Source of the DNA: an uncultured bacterium
Lineage (GTDB): Bacteria > Planctomycetota > UBA1135 > GCA-002686595
Direction of reading: 5' to 3'
DNA: 64,000 bases
NCBI GenBank assembly: GCA_943787795.1
Contig: CALSNU010000002.1
Location: 352,001 to 416,000, forward strand
The notes beneath the pieces were generated by a model. That model did not search any database, was not told the DNA's origin, and was given only the letters and a program-made list of their open reading frames with translations. The translations under genes were made by a program, and so were the position numbers. The number at the start of each line of letters is the position of its first letter. The first letter of the stretch is position 1. Below are positions 9,669 to 20,049 of the stretch, one piece after another.

Positions 9669-10934
9669 TCAGCTCGACCAGGCGTCCACCATGGCCAGCA
9701 TCGCCCTGGAGATCGTCGCGCACTCCTCCTCCGTCGTGCACGCCGGCGGCAGCGCGTAGACCACGTTGCCGAGGGGCCGGAGCAGCGCGCCGTGCTCTCG
9801 GGCCACGTTGCGGAGCCGCGGCCCTCGCTCGCTGAGGTAGCCCGAAGCCCCCCCCGTCAGGTCAAACGCCACCATGCCTCCGAGGTGACGGAGGTCGGCG
9901 ACTCGATCGTCTCCCTCGAGGGACGAGAGTCCGCCAAGGATGCACTCGCCCACGCGCTGGAGCTGACCCGGGGTGTCGCGCTCCTCGTTGACCCTCAGCG
10001 ACTCCAGCGCGACGGCACACCCGGTGGGATTCCCGGTGAAGGTGTGTCCGTGGAAGAGCGCCCGTGTCCGTACGTCGCTCAGGAAGATCTCATAGAGCGC
10101 CTCCGTGGCCATGGTCGCCGAGAGCGGATACATCCCGCCGGTCAGCCCCTTGGCCAGACACAGCAGGTCCGGGGTCACTCCACAGGCCAGGCAGGAGAAG
10201 AGCGCGCCGGTCCGCCCGAAGCCGGTCATGACCTCATCCGCGATCAGGAAGACTCCGCGCTCGTCGCAGGCCGATCGGACGGCTCGCACGACGGCGGCGT
10301 CGTGGATCCGCATGCCCGCCGCCCCCTGCAGGCGCGGCTCGAGGATCACCCCCGCCGCCCGCTCGCCCAGCTCGTCCAGGGCGCCGACGATGGCCGCCGA
10401 CTCCGCGGGGACCCGCTGCACCTCGAACAGGAACGGCGCGAAGGGCATGAAGAAGGGGTCGGGGTCGCCCACCGCCATCGCGCCGAAGGTGTCGCCGTGG
10501 TAGCCGCCTTCGAGCGCCACGAAGACCCGGCGCTGCGGCTCGTCTCGCTGGGCGTGGGCCTGGAGCGCGATCTTCAGGGCGACCTCCACCGCGGTCGAGC
10601 CGTCGTCGCTGAAGAAGGTCCTGGTCAGCCCATCCGGGGCCACGCGGGACAGCTCCTCGGCGAGCGCGACGCCCGGCTCATGGGTGGCCCCGGCGAAGAG
10701 CACGTGATCGAGGCGCTCCATCTGGGCCCGCGCCGCCTCCACCAGCCGGGACTCCCCGTGGCCGTGCAGGGTCGCCCACCAGGAGGAGATCCCGTCCACC
10801 AGCTCGGTCCCGTCATCGAGCACCAAGCGAGCGCCGCTCGCCGCGCGGACAGGGATCGGCGCCGGCTCGGTGGCGGCCTGGGTGTAGGGGTGCCAGACGT
10901 GTCGTGCGTCCCGTGAGATCAGATCATCGGCCAT
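9669..10934 (-). CDS. bioA: Adenosylmethionine-8-amino-7-oxononanoate aminotransferase
   Basis: VWHPYTQ, DGISSWW, DDGSTAVEVALK, YHGDT, IADEVMTGFGRTG, LAKGLTGG, HGHTFTGNP, LRPLGN; lies in the bio operon. Confidence 0.95.
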   Translation of the reverse strand: MADDLISRDARHVWHPYTQAATEPAPIPVRAASGARLVLDDGTELVDGISSWWATLHGHGESRLVEAARAQMERLDHVLFAGATHEPGVALAEELSRVAPDGLTRTFFSDDGSTAVEVALKIALQAHAQRDEPQRRVFVALEGGYHGDTFGAMAVGDPDPFFMPFAPFLFEVQRVPAESAAIVGALDELGERAAGVILEPRLQGAAGMRIHDAAVVRAVRSACDERGVFLIADEVMTGFGRTGALFSCLACGVTPDLLCLAKGLTGGMYPLSATMATEALYEIFLSDVRTRALFHGHTFTGNPTGCAVALESLRVNEERDTPGQLQRVGECILGGLSSLEGDDRVADLRHLGGMVAFDLTGGASGYLSERGPRLRNVAREHGALLRPLGNVVYALPPACTTEEECATISRAMLAMVDAWSS

Positions 10935-10937
10935 GGT

Positions 10938-12815
10938 TCATTCCCTCCTGATCGCGTCAGCGAGCGGGTGTTCGGCGAGCCAGGCGTCGATGGCTCCCGG
11001 GTCGAGAGGCGCCAGCGTCGGCAGCTCGAAGAGGTGGTCCACGTGGGCTGCGAGGGTCGCCGCGTTCTCCGCGTGGGGCTCGCCCACGAGGATGAGCGCC
11101 GAGGGCGTCAGCCGCCGGGCTCGCAAGGCCTCGAGGGTCAGCAGGGTGTGATTGAGGGTCCCGAGCCCGGAGCGAGCGATGAGCACCACGCGCGGCCGCT
11201 CCCGGGCGAGCCAGTCCGCCTGCGTGTAGGACGCCGTCAGCGGGACGTGCAGGCCGCCGGCGAGCTCGACGACGAGCGGGGCGGGGGCAGCCTCCCGCAC
11301 ACGATCCCCGAGCGCCACGTGGAGCACCTCGGGATCGATCACCGCACCCGCCGCCGCCGCCGCGGTGTGGGGGGAGGCGGGGAGCGGGAACTCGTAGGCC
11401 GGCGCGGCGATCACGCGCGCCGCGTCAGGCCGGGGACCGGCGAGGCGCTCGACGGTCCTCGAGTCGCTGTCTTCACCCGTCTGGACGGGCTTCCAGTAGG
11501 GAGCGTCGAGGGCCCGAGCCACCGCAGCTGCGGCCACCGTCTTGCCGATGTCCGTGTCCGTGCCAACGATGAACACCGGGGGCGGCGGAACCGTCAGGCT
11601 CGATGGCGATGACACCGTCTCCACCGCTCGCTGAGCCCCGTCGGTGTCCCCGGCGCGGACCGTTCCGTCCCCAGCGCCAAGGATCGGCGCGAGGCCATCG
11701 AGGAGCGCGTCGATGTCCTGGGACCGGTGCTGTGCATGACAGGCCACGCGCAGCTGCGCCGCTCCGGGGCGGACGGTGGGCTGCCGCACGGCGCGGACCC
11801 CGAGGCCCCCTGCGCGCAGCGCCTCGGCGGCCGCGACGGCGCGGCGCTCGTCCCCGATGAGGATGGGAACGATGGCCGCGCTGGGCTCCGGGGCGCCCGC
11901 GGCGGCCGCAATCCTCACGGCGTGGGCCCGGAGAATCTCCCGCGCTGGATCGGCGTCCGCGACCAGGCCGATGGAAGCCTCGAGGGCCCCGACCACCGCA
12001 GGTGCCACCGCGGTCGAGAACATGAACCCGCGCCCCTTGTGGATGACGGCCTCCACCAGGGCCTGAGACCCCGCGATGAACGCCCCCGCAGCCCCGAGGG
12101 CCTTCCCGCCGGTGACGATCTGCGCCACGAGCGGAGCAGATGCCGCCCCGGAGGCCGCGAAGCCTCCCCGACCGCGAGGACCCACCACGCCCACGGCGTG
12201 GGCCTCATCCACGATCAACCCGGCTCCCAGCCGGGCACAGGCCTCCGAGAGCTCCACCAGCGGCGCCCGGTCACCGCCCATGCTGAACACCGACTCGGTG
12301 ACGCAGAGGACTCGACGCGCGCCGCGGCTCTCCTCGAGCAGCGCCGCAGCGTGCTCGGCGTCCGCGTGCCGGAAGACCTTGACCGTGGCACGGGACAGGC
12401 GGAGCCCGTCGATGAGGGAGGCGTGGTTGTCCTCATCGGACACCACCACGTCCCCGGGCCCGGCGATGGCCGCCATGAGGGTCAGGTTGGCCTGGTATCC
12501 AGAGGGAAGCAGCAGCGCGGCATCGGCTCCGAGCCAGCTCGCGAGCTGATGCTCCAGGTCAGCGGTCTTCGGGGAGCCGCCACCGAGGAGGCGCGCGGCC
12601 CGGCCTCCGGCTCCGTGCTCCCTGGCCGCCTCGGACGCAGCAGCGCAGACCGCGGCGTTCCCCGCCATGCCGAGATAGTCGTTGCTCGTGAAGTCCACGG
12701 CGACCCGCCCGTCGGTCCCTCCGCCACCCACGGAACGGCCCAGCCCACGCCGCCGCCAGTCCGCGACCTCTGCCGCGAGCGCGCGGTCGACCTCGTTCAG
12801 CTCACCGAGACCCAT
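10938..12815 (-). CDS. bioF-bioD: Fused 8-amino-7-oxononanoate synthase (BioF) and dethiobiotin synthetase (BioD)
   Basis: Start moved to ATG 12815, overlapping the bioB end. N-half: [47 protein letters not shown]-half: [41 protein letters not shown]. One uninterrupted frame. Confidence 0.9.
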   Translation of the reverse strand: MGLGELNEVDRALAAEVADWRRRGLGRSVGGGGTDGRVAVDFTSNDYLGMAGNAAVCAAASEAAREHGAGGRAARLLGGGSPKTADLEHQLASWLGADAALLLPSGYQANLTLMAAIAGPGDVVVSDEDNHASLIDGLRLSRATVKVFRHADAEHAAALLEESRGARRVLCVTESVFSMGGDRAPLVELSEACARLGAGLIVDEAHAVGVVGPRGRGGFAASGAASAPLVAQIVTGGKALGAAGAFIAGSQALVEAVIHKGRGFMFSTAVAPAVVGALEASIGLVADADPAREILRAHAVRIAAAAGAPEPSAAIVPILIGDERRAVAAAEALRAGGLGVRAVRQPTVRPGAAQLRVACHAQHRSQDIDALLDGLAPILGAGDGTVRAGDTDGAQRAVETVSSPSSLTVPPPPVFIVGTDTDIGKTVAAAAVARALDAPYWKPVQTGEDSDSRTVERLAGPRPDAARVIAAPAYEFPLPASPHTAAAAAGAVIDPEVLHVALGDRVREAAPAPLVVELAGGLHVPLTASYTQADWLARERPRVVLIARSGLGTLNHTLLTLEALRARRLTPSALILVGEPHAENAATLAAHVDHLFELPTLAPLDPGAIDAWLAEHPLADAIRRE

Positions 12816-13836
12816 CGGCGAGAGGGCGCAGGCCAACGCGGGCCAGGAGCGCGGCGTCCGAGGTCGGCTCGGGGTTCGGCGTTGTGAGGAGCGCGTCCCC
12901 CACAAAGATGGAGTTGACGCCTCCGAGGAAGCACAGGGCCTGCGCCTCCTCGGTCATCTCCTGCCTCCCCGCGGAGAGGCGCACGGCGGCCCGCGGCATG
13001 AGGATCCTCGCGACCGCGCAGACGCGCACGATCTCGTCCCAGGGGAGCGGCTCGGATTGCTCGAGCGGGGTGCCCTGCACGGGCACCAGCGCGTTGATGG
13101 GGACGCTCTCGGGGGGCGGGTCGAGCACCGCAAGCTCGGCGAGGAATGCGGCGCGGTCCTGGCGCGACTCGCCCATGCCGAGGATCCCCCCGGAGCAGAC
13201 CTTCATGCCCGCCGACCGCACGTTCTGGAGGGTCTCGAGGCGATCGTCGTAGGTCCGGGTCCCGATGACCTTCTCGTAGTGCTCGCGGCTCGTATCGAGG
13301 TTGTGGTTGTAGTAGTCGAGCCCGGCGTCGGCCAGACGCGCGCCGTTGGCCTCGTCCACCATGCCGAGGGTCGCGCAGACCTCGAGACCGAGGTCCTTGA
13401 CCCCGCGGACCATGTCGAGCACGCGGTCGAAGTCGTTGCCGCAGCGGACCTCACGCCAAGCGGCGCCCATGCAAAAGCGATCGGCTCCGGCGTCCTTGGC
13501 CCGCTGCGCTGCGGCGACCACCTCGCCCGTCTCCATGAGCGCCTCCCGGGTCAGGCCCGTCGAGTGCCTCGCGCTCTGCGAGCAGTAGCCGCAGTCCTCG
13601 GGGCACGCGCCGGTCTTGATGGACAGCAGCTGCGCGCACTGGATGCGGGAGGGGTCGTGGTGCTCCCGGTGGACCCCTGCCGCCTCGTAGACGAGGTCGA
13701 GGAGGGGCCGGCCGAGGAGCTCGAGGGCGCGCGCCTCGAGGGCGGCGCGGGGGGCCTCCGGCGAGGCGCCGGGAGCCGGATCGGCGGCGGCGGCGAGGGG
13801 AGCGTCGTCGACCGAGGAGGGGGAAGCGCTGTCCAT
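12802..13836 (-). CDS. bioB: Biotin synthase (radical SAM)
   Basis: [61 protein letters not shown]. Confidence 0.97.
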   Translation of the reverse strand: MDSASPSSVDDAPLAAAADPAPGASPEAPRAALEARALELLGRPLLDLVYEAAGVHREHHDPSRIQCAQLLSIKTGACPEDCGYCSQSARHSTGLTREALMETGEVVAAAQRAKDAGADRFCMGAAWREVRCGNDFDRVLDMVRGVKDLGLEVCATLGMVDEANGARLADAGLDYYNHNLDTSREHYEKVIGTRTYDDRLETLQNVRSAGMKVCSGGILGMGESRQDRAAFLAELAVLDPPPESVPINALVPVQGTPLEQSEPLPWDEIVRVCAVARILMPRAAVRLSAGRQEMTEEAQALCFLGGVNSIFVGDALLTTPNPEPTSDAALLARVGLRPLADGSR

Positions 13837-13942
13837 GGCGGAGAGGTTAGCCCTTCAAGCGCGAACGGGGCAGCCGACCGCCGATGAACTCGCGGCCGGG
13901 GAGCGGGTCTCACCGGGACGCTCGACGGCCGCTGCGGCCGAC

Positions 13943-14509
13943 CTACCGCGCGTGGTCCCCTGGAGCCTCCAGCTCCAGGCGTTCGAACCCATTGGGGTGG
14001 AGCACGTTGAAGCCGCCGTCCCCGTTCTCGTCCGCCGTATGGAAGCCGTCGTGGGCGCGGCGAGCGAGGTAGACCCGGACCCGCTGGCCCGGCTCGGGCG
14101 TCCAGCCGCGGTGCCCGGCGGAGCTGAGCGGCGGGGTCCCGTCGCTCCACCACCATCGCTTGCGGAAGGCGCGGGTCATCCAGCGCACGTAGACCGGCCC
14201 CTCGGGCAGCACCTCCGAGGACCACCCAGACCCTTGCGGTGCCTTCTCAACGCCGTCCACCCGGAGCTCCGCCACGTGCTCCCCCACGTCCCATCGGCCG
14301 TCCCGCTCCTCGGACAGATAGACCCGCTGGACCGTCCCGGTGACCACGTGGGTGGCCCCCGAGCGCAGCATCTCGGGCGGCCTCATGGGGATCTCCGGTG
14401 CCGCCAAGGAGGCGGCCACCGGAACCGCGGCGCAGGCCAGGAGCAGGGCGGCCAGGACCAGCCGCATCCGCCCCCTGGCCCGCGCCGGGAGATCCCCCAG
14501 GGGGATCAT
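13943..14509 (-). CDS. Hypothetical secreted protein
   Basis: ATG 14509 overlaps the upstream stop (TGATG); an alternative start is at 14467. Signal peptide RMRLVLAALLLACAAVPVAASLA. The segment ATHVVTGTVQRVY...GQRVRVYL is reminiscent of an OB/TIMP-like fold. Confidence 0.6.
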   Translation of the reverse strand: MIPLGDLPARARGRMRLVLAALLLACAAVPVAASLAAPEIPMRPPEMLRSGATHVVTGTVQRVYLSEERDGRWDVGEHVAELRVDGVEKAPQGSGWSSEVLPEGPVYVRWMTRAFRKRWWWSDGTPPLSSAGHRGWTPEPGQRVRVYLARRAHDGFHTADENGDGGFNVLHPNGFERLELEAPGDHAR

Positions 14510-15570
14510 CAGTGCCACCAACCCCAGTCGTTGGAGGCGGATTCGATGCGCGCGCGCATGGCGAGCGCCTCCTTGTCCTTGGGGAAGTCCGCGAGGACGG
14601 TGTTCACCGAGGCGTTCGCGTCGTTGAACTGGCCCGTGGTCAGGCTCAGGCTCGCCAGGGAGAGCAGGCAGTCGTGCCACCCGGTGGTGGCCTCCTTGCT
14701 CAGGCTGAGCAGCTCCTTGCCCAGGGCCTCGTCCTTCCGGCCGGCATCAGCCATCTTGGCGACGCTCTTGCGCGCCCGGTCGAAGTAGGCGACAGCGTTC
14801 TTGAGGTCCCGGCGCGACTTCGCCTGGTTCTTGGACTCGAGCAGGCCCTTGCGGCGGTAGCCCTCGCCGTCCTTCACGGCCTTGCGGATGGGCTCCACCT
14901 TGCGCTCCATGTCCGCCGCCAACCTGGCGTCCTTGCGGGCCTCCTTCTTCGCCTCACCGGCGGCCTTGCGCGCGGCGATCCCCTGGTCCAGGGAGTCCAT
15001 GAGCTGCTTGCGCTGGGCGTCCGTCATGTCGCTCCCGCGCTTGGTGAGCAGGCGCCGGACACCGGTCCGCGCGTCCCCGACCTTGCCCGCCTCGCAGAGC
15101 GAGACGATGATCTTGTTGGTCAGGTCAAGGGAAGCGGACTTGAGCTCGGGGGACAGGGGCGTCCCGGCGACCTTGGCCGAGTGGGCCATGAAGCGGAGCT
15201 CCTTGCGAGCGGCGTCCACGAGCCCCTTGTCGAAGGCGAAGACGGACAGGTCGAGCATGCCCTGGTAGTCGTCGGCGGCGAGCCCGGTGCGGCGGAGCTC
15301 CACCTGGGACTTGTCGTCGAAGGCAGAGAGGTCGTACCAGGCCTCGCCGGAGCCGCCGGACACCATGACCTTGAGCCGGACGCGGTCGCCGTCGAGGGCG
15401 ACGACCGAGGCGCGGACCGCCTTGCCGCCCTTCATGACGTAGCGGCGAACCTCCGCACTGTGGTCCTCCTGGGTGGCCGAGGTGGGAGCGTGGACCACCG
15501 GAAGGTTGGTGGCAGAGACGAGACCGAGGGTCGCTGAGGCGAGGAGGATGGTGAGCTTCATGGGCCACAT
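14509..15570 (-). CDS. Hypothetical secreted Lys/Ala-rich helical protein, possibly TPR-like at the C-terminus
   Basis: Signal peptide MKLTILLASATLGLVSA, strong GC3 codon pattern, amphipathic helices, ends in DWGWWH. Confidence 0.75.
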   Translation of the reverse strand: MWPMKLTILLASATLGLVSATNLPVVHAPTSATQEDHSAEVRRYVMKGGKAVRASVVALDGDRVRLKVMVSGGSGEAWYDLSAFDDKSQVELRRTGLAADDYQGMLDLSVFAFDKGLVDAARKELRFMAHSAKVAGTPLSPELKSASLDLTNKIIVSLCEAGKVGDARTGVRRLLTKRGSDMTDAQRKQLMDSLDQGIAARKAAGEAKKEARKDARLAADMERKVEPIRKAVKDGEGYRRKGLLESKNQAKSRRDLKNAVAYFDRARKSVAKMADAGRKDEALGKELLSLSKEATTGWHDCLLSLASLSLTTGQFNDANASVNTVLADFPKDKEALAMRARIESASNDWGWWH

Positions 15571-15678
15571 GATGCCGTCTCCGCCAGGGACGGGGTGGGG
15601 GTGATCGAGGTCATCCTTGCGTTACCCCGCGGAACCCTCCGCTAAACTCCGAGGGGTGCCACCAAGGCTCCTTTCTTC

Positions 15679-17172
15679 ATGCTAAGAACCCTCCTGCTGA
15701 CCGCCGCCCTCGCCGCCTTCTCCACCGACCCGCTCGCCGCGCAGGTCCACTACTTCCCGGACGGCAACCCCTGGAAGCGACAGGCCCGCAAGGGACCCGA
15801 CGCCGAGGTGGAGGGCTGGCTCTATAACCTCGGCGTGACGGGCATCCGGGTGAAGCTCGTGGAGGAAGAGCCGACCCACCTGGTGGTCGGTCACGTGTTC
15901 AAGGACAGCCCCGCGGAGGGGAAGATCCGCATCGGGGACCACATCGTCGGCGCCCGCGGCTTCGACTTCGAGACGCCGCACCGCAACGGCTACGGCATGA
16001 AGGTCTTCGGACCCCAGGGCCCCATCGAGGACTTCGCCGACGCCCTGGACCGCGCGCTGCAGTCCAAGAAGCACGTCCTCAAGCTCAAGGTCGAGCGGGA
16101 CGGCAAGCGCAAGCCGGTGGACCTGAAGCTCTCCAAGAAGATCGATCCCTACGCCAAGTCCTTCCCCTTCGACTGCGATCGCACCGAGGAGGTGCTCGAG
16201 GGGCTCTACGAGGTCCTCGTGGAGAACCAGCGGCAGAACGGGTCCTTCGGCGACCAGGTCCTCGACACCTTCGCGCCCCTCGCCCTGCTCTCCAGCGGCG
16301 AGCGCAAGTACAGAAAGGCCGTCGAGCGCAACGTCCGCTTCCACGCCCAGAACACCTCGCGCGAGGACACCTCCGGGCTCGTGAACTGGAAGTACATGGC
16401 CGCGGCCATCGTCATGAGCGAGTGGTACCTCGAGACCGGGGACCGCTGGGTCATCGAGGAGCTCCAGGAGGTCTACGACTTCCTCTGCACCACCCAGTAC
16501 CTCGACCTCTCCCAGGTGAGCGAGAAGGTCAAGGAGAGCCACCCCGACGCCTACCCCAAGAACGCCAGCCAGCAGCACGGGGGCTGGGGCCACAACCCCG
16601 GCTTCGAGGGCTACGGCCCCATCGCGATGATCACGGGTCAGGGCGCCCTCGCCTTCTCGATGATGAAGCAGTGTGGCATCGAGGTGGACGAGACCCGCCA
16701 CCGCGCCGCCTACGACTTCCTCAGCCGGGGCACTGGGAGCAACGGCTACGTCTGGTACGGCGACTCCGTGGCGGGCGAGACCAACTGGGCCGACATGGGC
16801 CGCACCGGCGCCTCGTGCATCGCCCACCTGATGAGCCCCTTCCGCGGGCACAAGAAGCTCGCCAGGCAGAACATCGCCATCATGTCGGAGCAGCCCGACA
16901 GCTTCCCCGACACCCACGCCTCGCCGCTGATGGGCATGGGCTACGGGGCTCTCGGGACCTTCGGGGACCAGAAGGCCTTCAAGAGCCTCATGGCCTCGAA
17001 CCGCTGGTGGTTCCTGCTCTCAGAGTGCCCCGACGGCACCTTTAGCTACCAGCCGAACCGCGACAGCAACGGCTACGGCAACTCCTCCAGGCTCCTGGCC
17101 ACCGCGACCACCGCCTTCATCCTGTCTCTCCCCCAGGAGAACCTGGTGATGACGGGCAAGCGCCCCCGCTGA
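15679..17172 (+). CDS. Secreted protein with a PDZ-like N-terminal domain and an alpha/alpha-barrel-like domain (DUF6288-like)
   Basis: Signal peptide. YNLGVTGIR...VFKDSPAEGKIRIGDHIVG is PDZ-like; QRQNGSF, GGWGH, GYVWYG and DGTFSYQP resemble prenyltransferase/QW-type repeats. Confidence 0.7.
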   Translation: MLRTLLLTAALAAFSTDPLAAQVHYFPDGNPWKRQARKGPDAEVEGWLYNLGVTGIRVKLVEEEPTHLVVGHVFKDSPAEGKIRIGDHIVGARGFDFETPHRNGYGMKVFGPQGPIEDFADALDRALQSKKHVLKLKVERDGKRKPVDLKLSKKIDPYAKSFPFDCDRTEEVLEGLYEVLVENQRQNGSFGDQVLDTFAPLALLSSGERKYRKAVERNVRFHAQNTSREDTSGLVNWKYMAAAIVMSEWYLETGDRWVIEELQEVYDFLCTTQYLDLSQVSEKVKESHPDAYPKNASQQHGGWGHNPGFEGYGPIAMITGQGALAFSMMKQCGIEVDETRHRAAYDFLSRGTGSNGYVWYGDSVAGETNWADMGRTGASCIAHLMSPFRGHKKLARQNIAIMSEQPDSFPDTHASPLMGMGYGALGTFGDQKAFKSLMASNRWWFLLSECPDGTFSYQPNRDSNGYGNSSRLLATATTAFILSLPQENLVMTGKRPR

Positions 17173-17297
17173 TCCGGCCCTGGACCGAGTGGCCCCCCCC
17201 GCCCACGGTTAGGCTTGACCTCTGAGTCCCCCCCAATTCTGCGCGTGGCGGCCCGCTCCCCCGGGTCCGAGCGACGAGGCGACCTCCACCCCGCCCG

Positions 17298-18899
17298 ATG
17301 ATGCGAGACCTACCTGCTCTGCTGTGCGCCACCGTCGCCGCCGTCGCCGCCGCCGCCCTCGGCTGTCGAGCGATGACCGAGCCATCGCCCCTCCCCTTGG
17401 AACGGGCCTCAGGGCACGTCGAGGCCTGGCTCGACAGCCACCGGGATCAACCGCCCATGGTCCGGGCCTTCGTCCAGCGGATGCCCAAGGGCGGGGACCT
17501 GCACAACCACCTCAGCGGCGCCGTGTACGCAGAGGCGTACGTGAAGTGGGGCGCGGCGGCCAACTACTCCCTGGACCCCGCAACGAACGCGCTGATCCCG
17601 CCCGGCTCCCACGCGCCCGGGATGATCCGCCTGCGCGATGTCCTGGAGGATGCGACCGCCTACAGCAAGCTCATCGATCACCTGTCCACGCGGAACCTCG
17701 CCTACGACGGCCAGTCCGGCCACGACCAGTTCTTCCAGACCTTCGGCGAGTTCGGATCGGTCTCCTGGAACCACGGCGCAGACATGATCGCCAGGCTCGC
17801 CAGCCGCGCCGCCGACGAGCACATCCAGTACCTGGAGCTGATGGTGACCGTTCACTCGGAGAGCATGGACGCCGCGCTCAAGGCGGACACCTCGGGCCTG
17901 AGGGAGGCCCTCGGCGCAGCAGGGAGCAGCACCCCTCCAGCGCAGCCCGACTTCGCCAAGGCGCTCGGACGCCTGGACCAGCTCGGGCTGTCGCAGTGGA
18001 TCGAGGAGGGGCGCGCCAGCCTCGAGACCATGAGCCGGTCCGCTCGCTCCAAGCTCGAGCAGGGCGACCGAGGGCGTGACGTCCACATCCGGTACCTCCA
18101 GCAGTCCAACCGCGTCCTGGAGCCCGAGCAGGTGTTCGCTCAGCTCGCCTTCGCCTTCGCGCTGGCCGAGGCGGACCCGCGGGTGGTCGGCATCAACCTG
18201 GTCGCCCCGGAAGACAACCGCGTCGCGCTGCGTGACTACACGCTACACATGCAGATGGTCCGGTTCCTGGGCACGCGGCACCCCGGCGTGGGGGTCGCCC
18301 TCCACGCCGGCGAGCTCACCCTCGGCCTTGTCCCGCCGAGCGATCTGCGCTTCCACATCCGGCAAGCCGTGGAGATCGCCGGCGCCCGACGCATCGGGCA
18401 CGGCGTCGATGTGTTCTACGAGGACCGAGCCTTCGAGCTCCTGGAGCACATGCGAGACGACCGGATCGCTGTCGAGATCTGCCTCACGAGCAACGATGTC
18501 ATCCTGGGCGTCGAGGGTCGGAACCACCCCTTCCTTCACTATCGCGCGGCCGGGGTGCCCGCCGTGCTCGCATCGGACGACGCCGGGGTCTCCCGGATCG
18601 ACCTGAGCAACGAGTACCTGCGCGCGGTCCGGGACTACGGGCTCGGCTACGAGGACCTGAAGGAGCTCTCCCGCAACAGCCTGGAGTACAGCTTCATCCC
18701 GGGCGAGAGCCTGTGGGAGACCACGAGCCCGTTCACCATGGTCGAGGCCTGCGCAGGTGATGAGCCAGGCGCAGACGCCTGCACACCGGCCTGCCGCGCC
18801 TTCCTCGACGCCAGCGAACGGGCGGCGCAGCAGTGGCGACTCGAGGCGGCCTTCGTAGAGTTTGAACGCCTGCCCTGGCTGCAGCCGAGCGCTGATTGA
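17298..18899 (+). CDS. Adenosine deaminase family protein (ADA2/ADGF-like), probable lipoprotein
   Basis: MPKGGDLHNHLSG, YLELM, LHAGEL, RIGHG, EICLTSN, SDDAG; lipobox-like AALGC. Confidence 0.88.
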   Translation: MMRDLPALLCATVAAVAAAALGCRAMTEPSPLPLERASGHVEAWLDSHRDQPPMVRAFVQRMPKGGDLHNHLSGAVYAEAYVKWGAAANYSLDPATNALIPPGSHAPGMIRLRDVLEDATAYSKLIDHLSTRNLAYDGQSGHDQFFQTFGEFGSVSWNHGADMIARLASRAADEHIQYLELMVTVHSESMDAALKADTSGLREALGAAGSSTPPAQPDFAKALGRLDQLGLSQWIEEGRASLETMSRSARSKLEQGDRGRDVHIRYLQQSNRVLEPEQVFAQLAFAFALAEADPRVVGINLVAPEDNRVALRDYTLHMQMVRFLGTRHPGVGVALHAGELTLGLVPPSDLRFHIRQAVEIAGARRIGHGVDVFYEDRAFELLEHMRDDRIAVEICLTSNDVILGVEGRNHPFLHYRAAGVPAVLASDDAGVSRIDLSNEYLRAVRDYGLGYEDLKELSRNSLEYSFIPGESLWETTSPFTMVEACAGDEPGADACTPACRAFLDASERAAQQWRLEAAFVEFERLPWLQPSAD

Positions 18900-19004
18900 G
18901 CCCTCCCGTCCCGCCAGCGGGGCCCTCATCGGCGCGCGGTCGCCGGCTCTCGCGCGAGAGCCCATCACGACGCGGAGCCCCCTCCACTCACACAGCCGCT
19001 GACC

Positions 19005-19913
19005 ATGACTCCTCGAGAAGGGCGCCCGAGGACGGGGCTCACCCCCGCGCTCGGGGCCGCCATCGGGTGCGCGGTCATCTGGGGGGTCAACGTGCCGGTG
19101 ATGAAGGCGGGCCTGCAGGAGGTCGATCCGTTCTTCTTCAACGCGGCGCGGCTGACGTTGAGCGCGGCGGCGCTCGGGCTCCTGGATGCTGCGGAGCGGC
19201 GGGGGCGGGCCAAGGTGCCAACGCCTTGGCGGAAGGTGGTCACCCTGGGCCTGCTCTCGAGCCTCGTGTACCAGGTGCTGTTCCTGCTGGGGATGGACGC
19301 GACGAGCGCTGGCAACACCGCGATCATCGTCGCCAGCGGGCCGCTCTGGACCGCCATCATCGAGAGCCTGATGGGCGTCGACCGACACCCGGGCCGGGCC
19401 TGGGGAGCCCTCGGGGTGGCGTTCGTGGGCACCATGCTGGTGACCCTGACGGGGATCGATGATCCGACTGGCGGCGCGACGCTGCTGGGCAACCTCGTGA
19501 TGCTCGCCGCCATGGGGACCTGGGCCTTCGCCACGGTGCTCAGCCGGCCGCTGCTCGAGACGTTCCCCGCCACGCGGCTGGCGTTCCTGGCGGTGCTCGT
19601 CTCGCTCCCCGGACACTGGGCCCTCGCGCTGCCGGGGCTCGACCTGTCCTCGGTCGGGCGGCCCGGCTTCGTGGCGTCCACCATCGCCTACTCCGGGATC
19701 CTCTCCACGGGCGTGGCGTACGCGCTCTGGAACCGCTCGGTGAAGGACCTCGGCGCGGCGCGCACCGCCGCGTTCAGCAACCTCGTGCCCGTGGTCGCGC
19801 TGGCCGTGGCATGGGTCTACCTCGGGGAGCAGCCGCGCCTCCTGCAGCTCGCCGGCGGCGCGCTCGTGGTGGCGGGGCTGCTCATGTGGCGCACGGCGCG
19901 CCGGTCCACCTAG
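19005..19913 (+). CDS. DMT/EamA family transporter
   Basis: About 10 TM helices; IWGVN...K, TSAGNTAII...PLW, and NLVPVVA...LGE. Confidence 0.9.
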   Translation: MTPREGRPRTGLTPALGAAIGCAVIWGVNVPVMKAGLQEVDPFFFNAARLTLSAAALGLLDAAERRGRAKVPTPWRKVVTLGLLSSLVYQVLFLLGMDATSAGNTAIIVASGPLWTAIIESLMGVDRHPGRAWGALGVAFVGTMLVTLTGIDDPTGGATLLGNLVMLAAMGTWAFATVLSRPLLETFPATRLAFLAVLVSLPGHWALALPGLDLSSVGRPGFVASTIAYSGILSTGVAYALWNRSVKDLGAARTAAFSNLVPVVALAVAWVYLGEQPRLLQLAGGALVVAGLLMWRTARRST

Positions 19914-19915
19914 GT

Positions 19916-19954
19916 CGAGCGCCCCCCTCCGCGTGCATCGGAGGGGGGCGCTCG
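19916..19954. terminator. Hairpin immediately after the EamA stop codon
   Basis: CGAGCGCCCCCCTCCG-cgtgcat-CGGAGGGGGGCGCTCG, a 16-bp stem between convergent genes. Confidence 0.65.
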
Positions 19955-20049
19955 GGGTGGGGCTTCGCGTCTGAGAACCGCGTCGCCCCGAGGAGAGAGA
20001 GAGGAGGGATCCTGCTCGCGCGGGCCGCCTTGGGCAGCCCACGTTGGGC

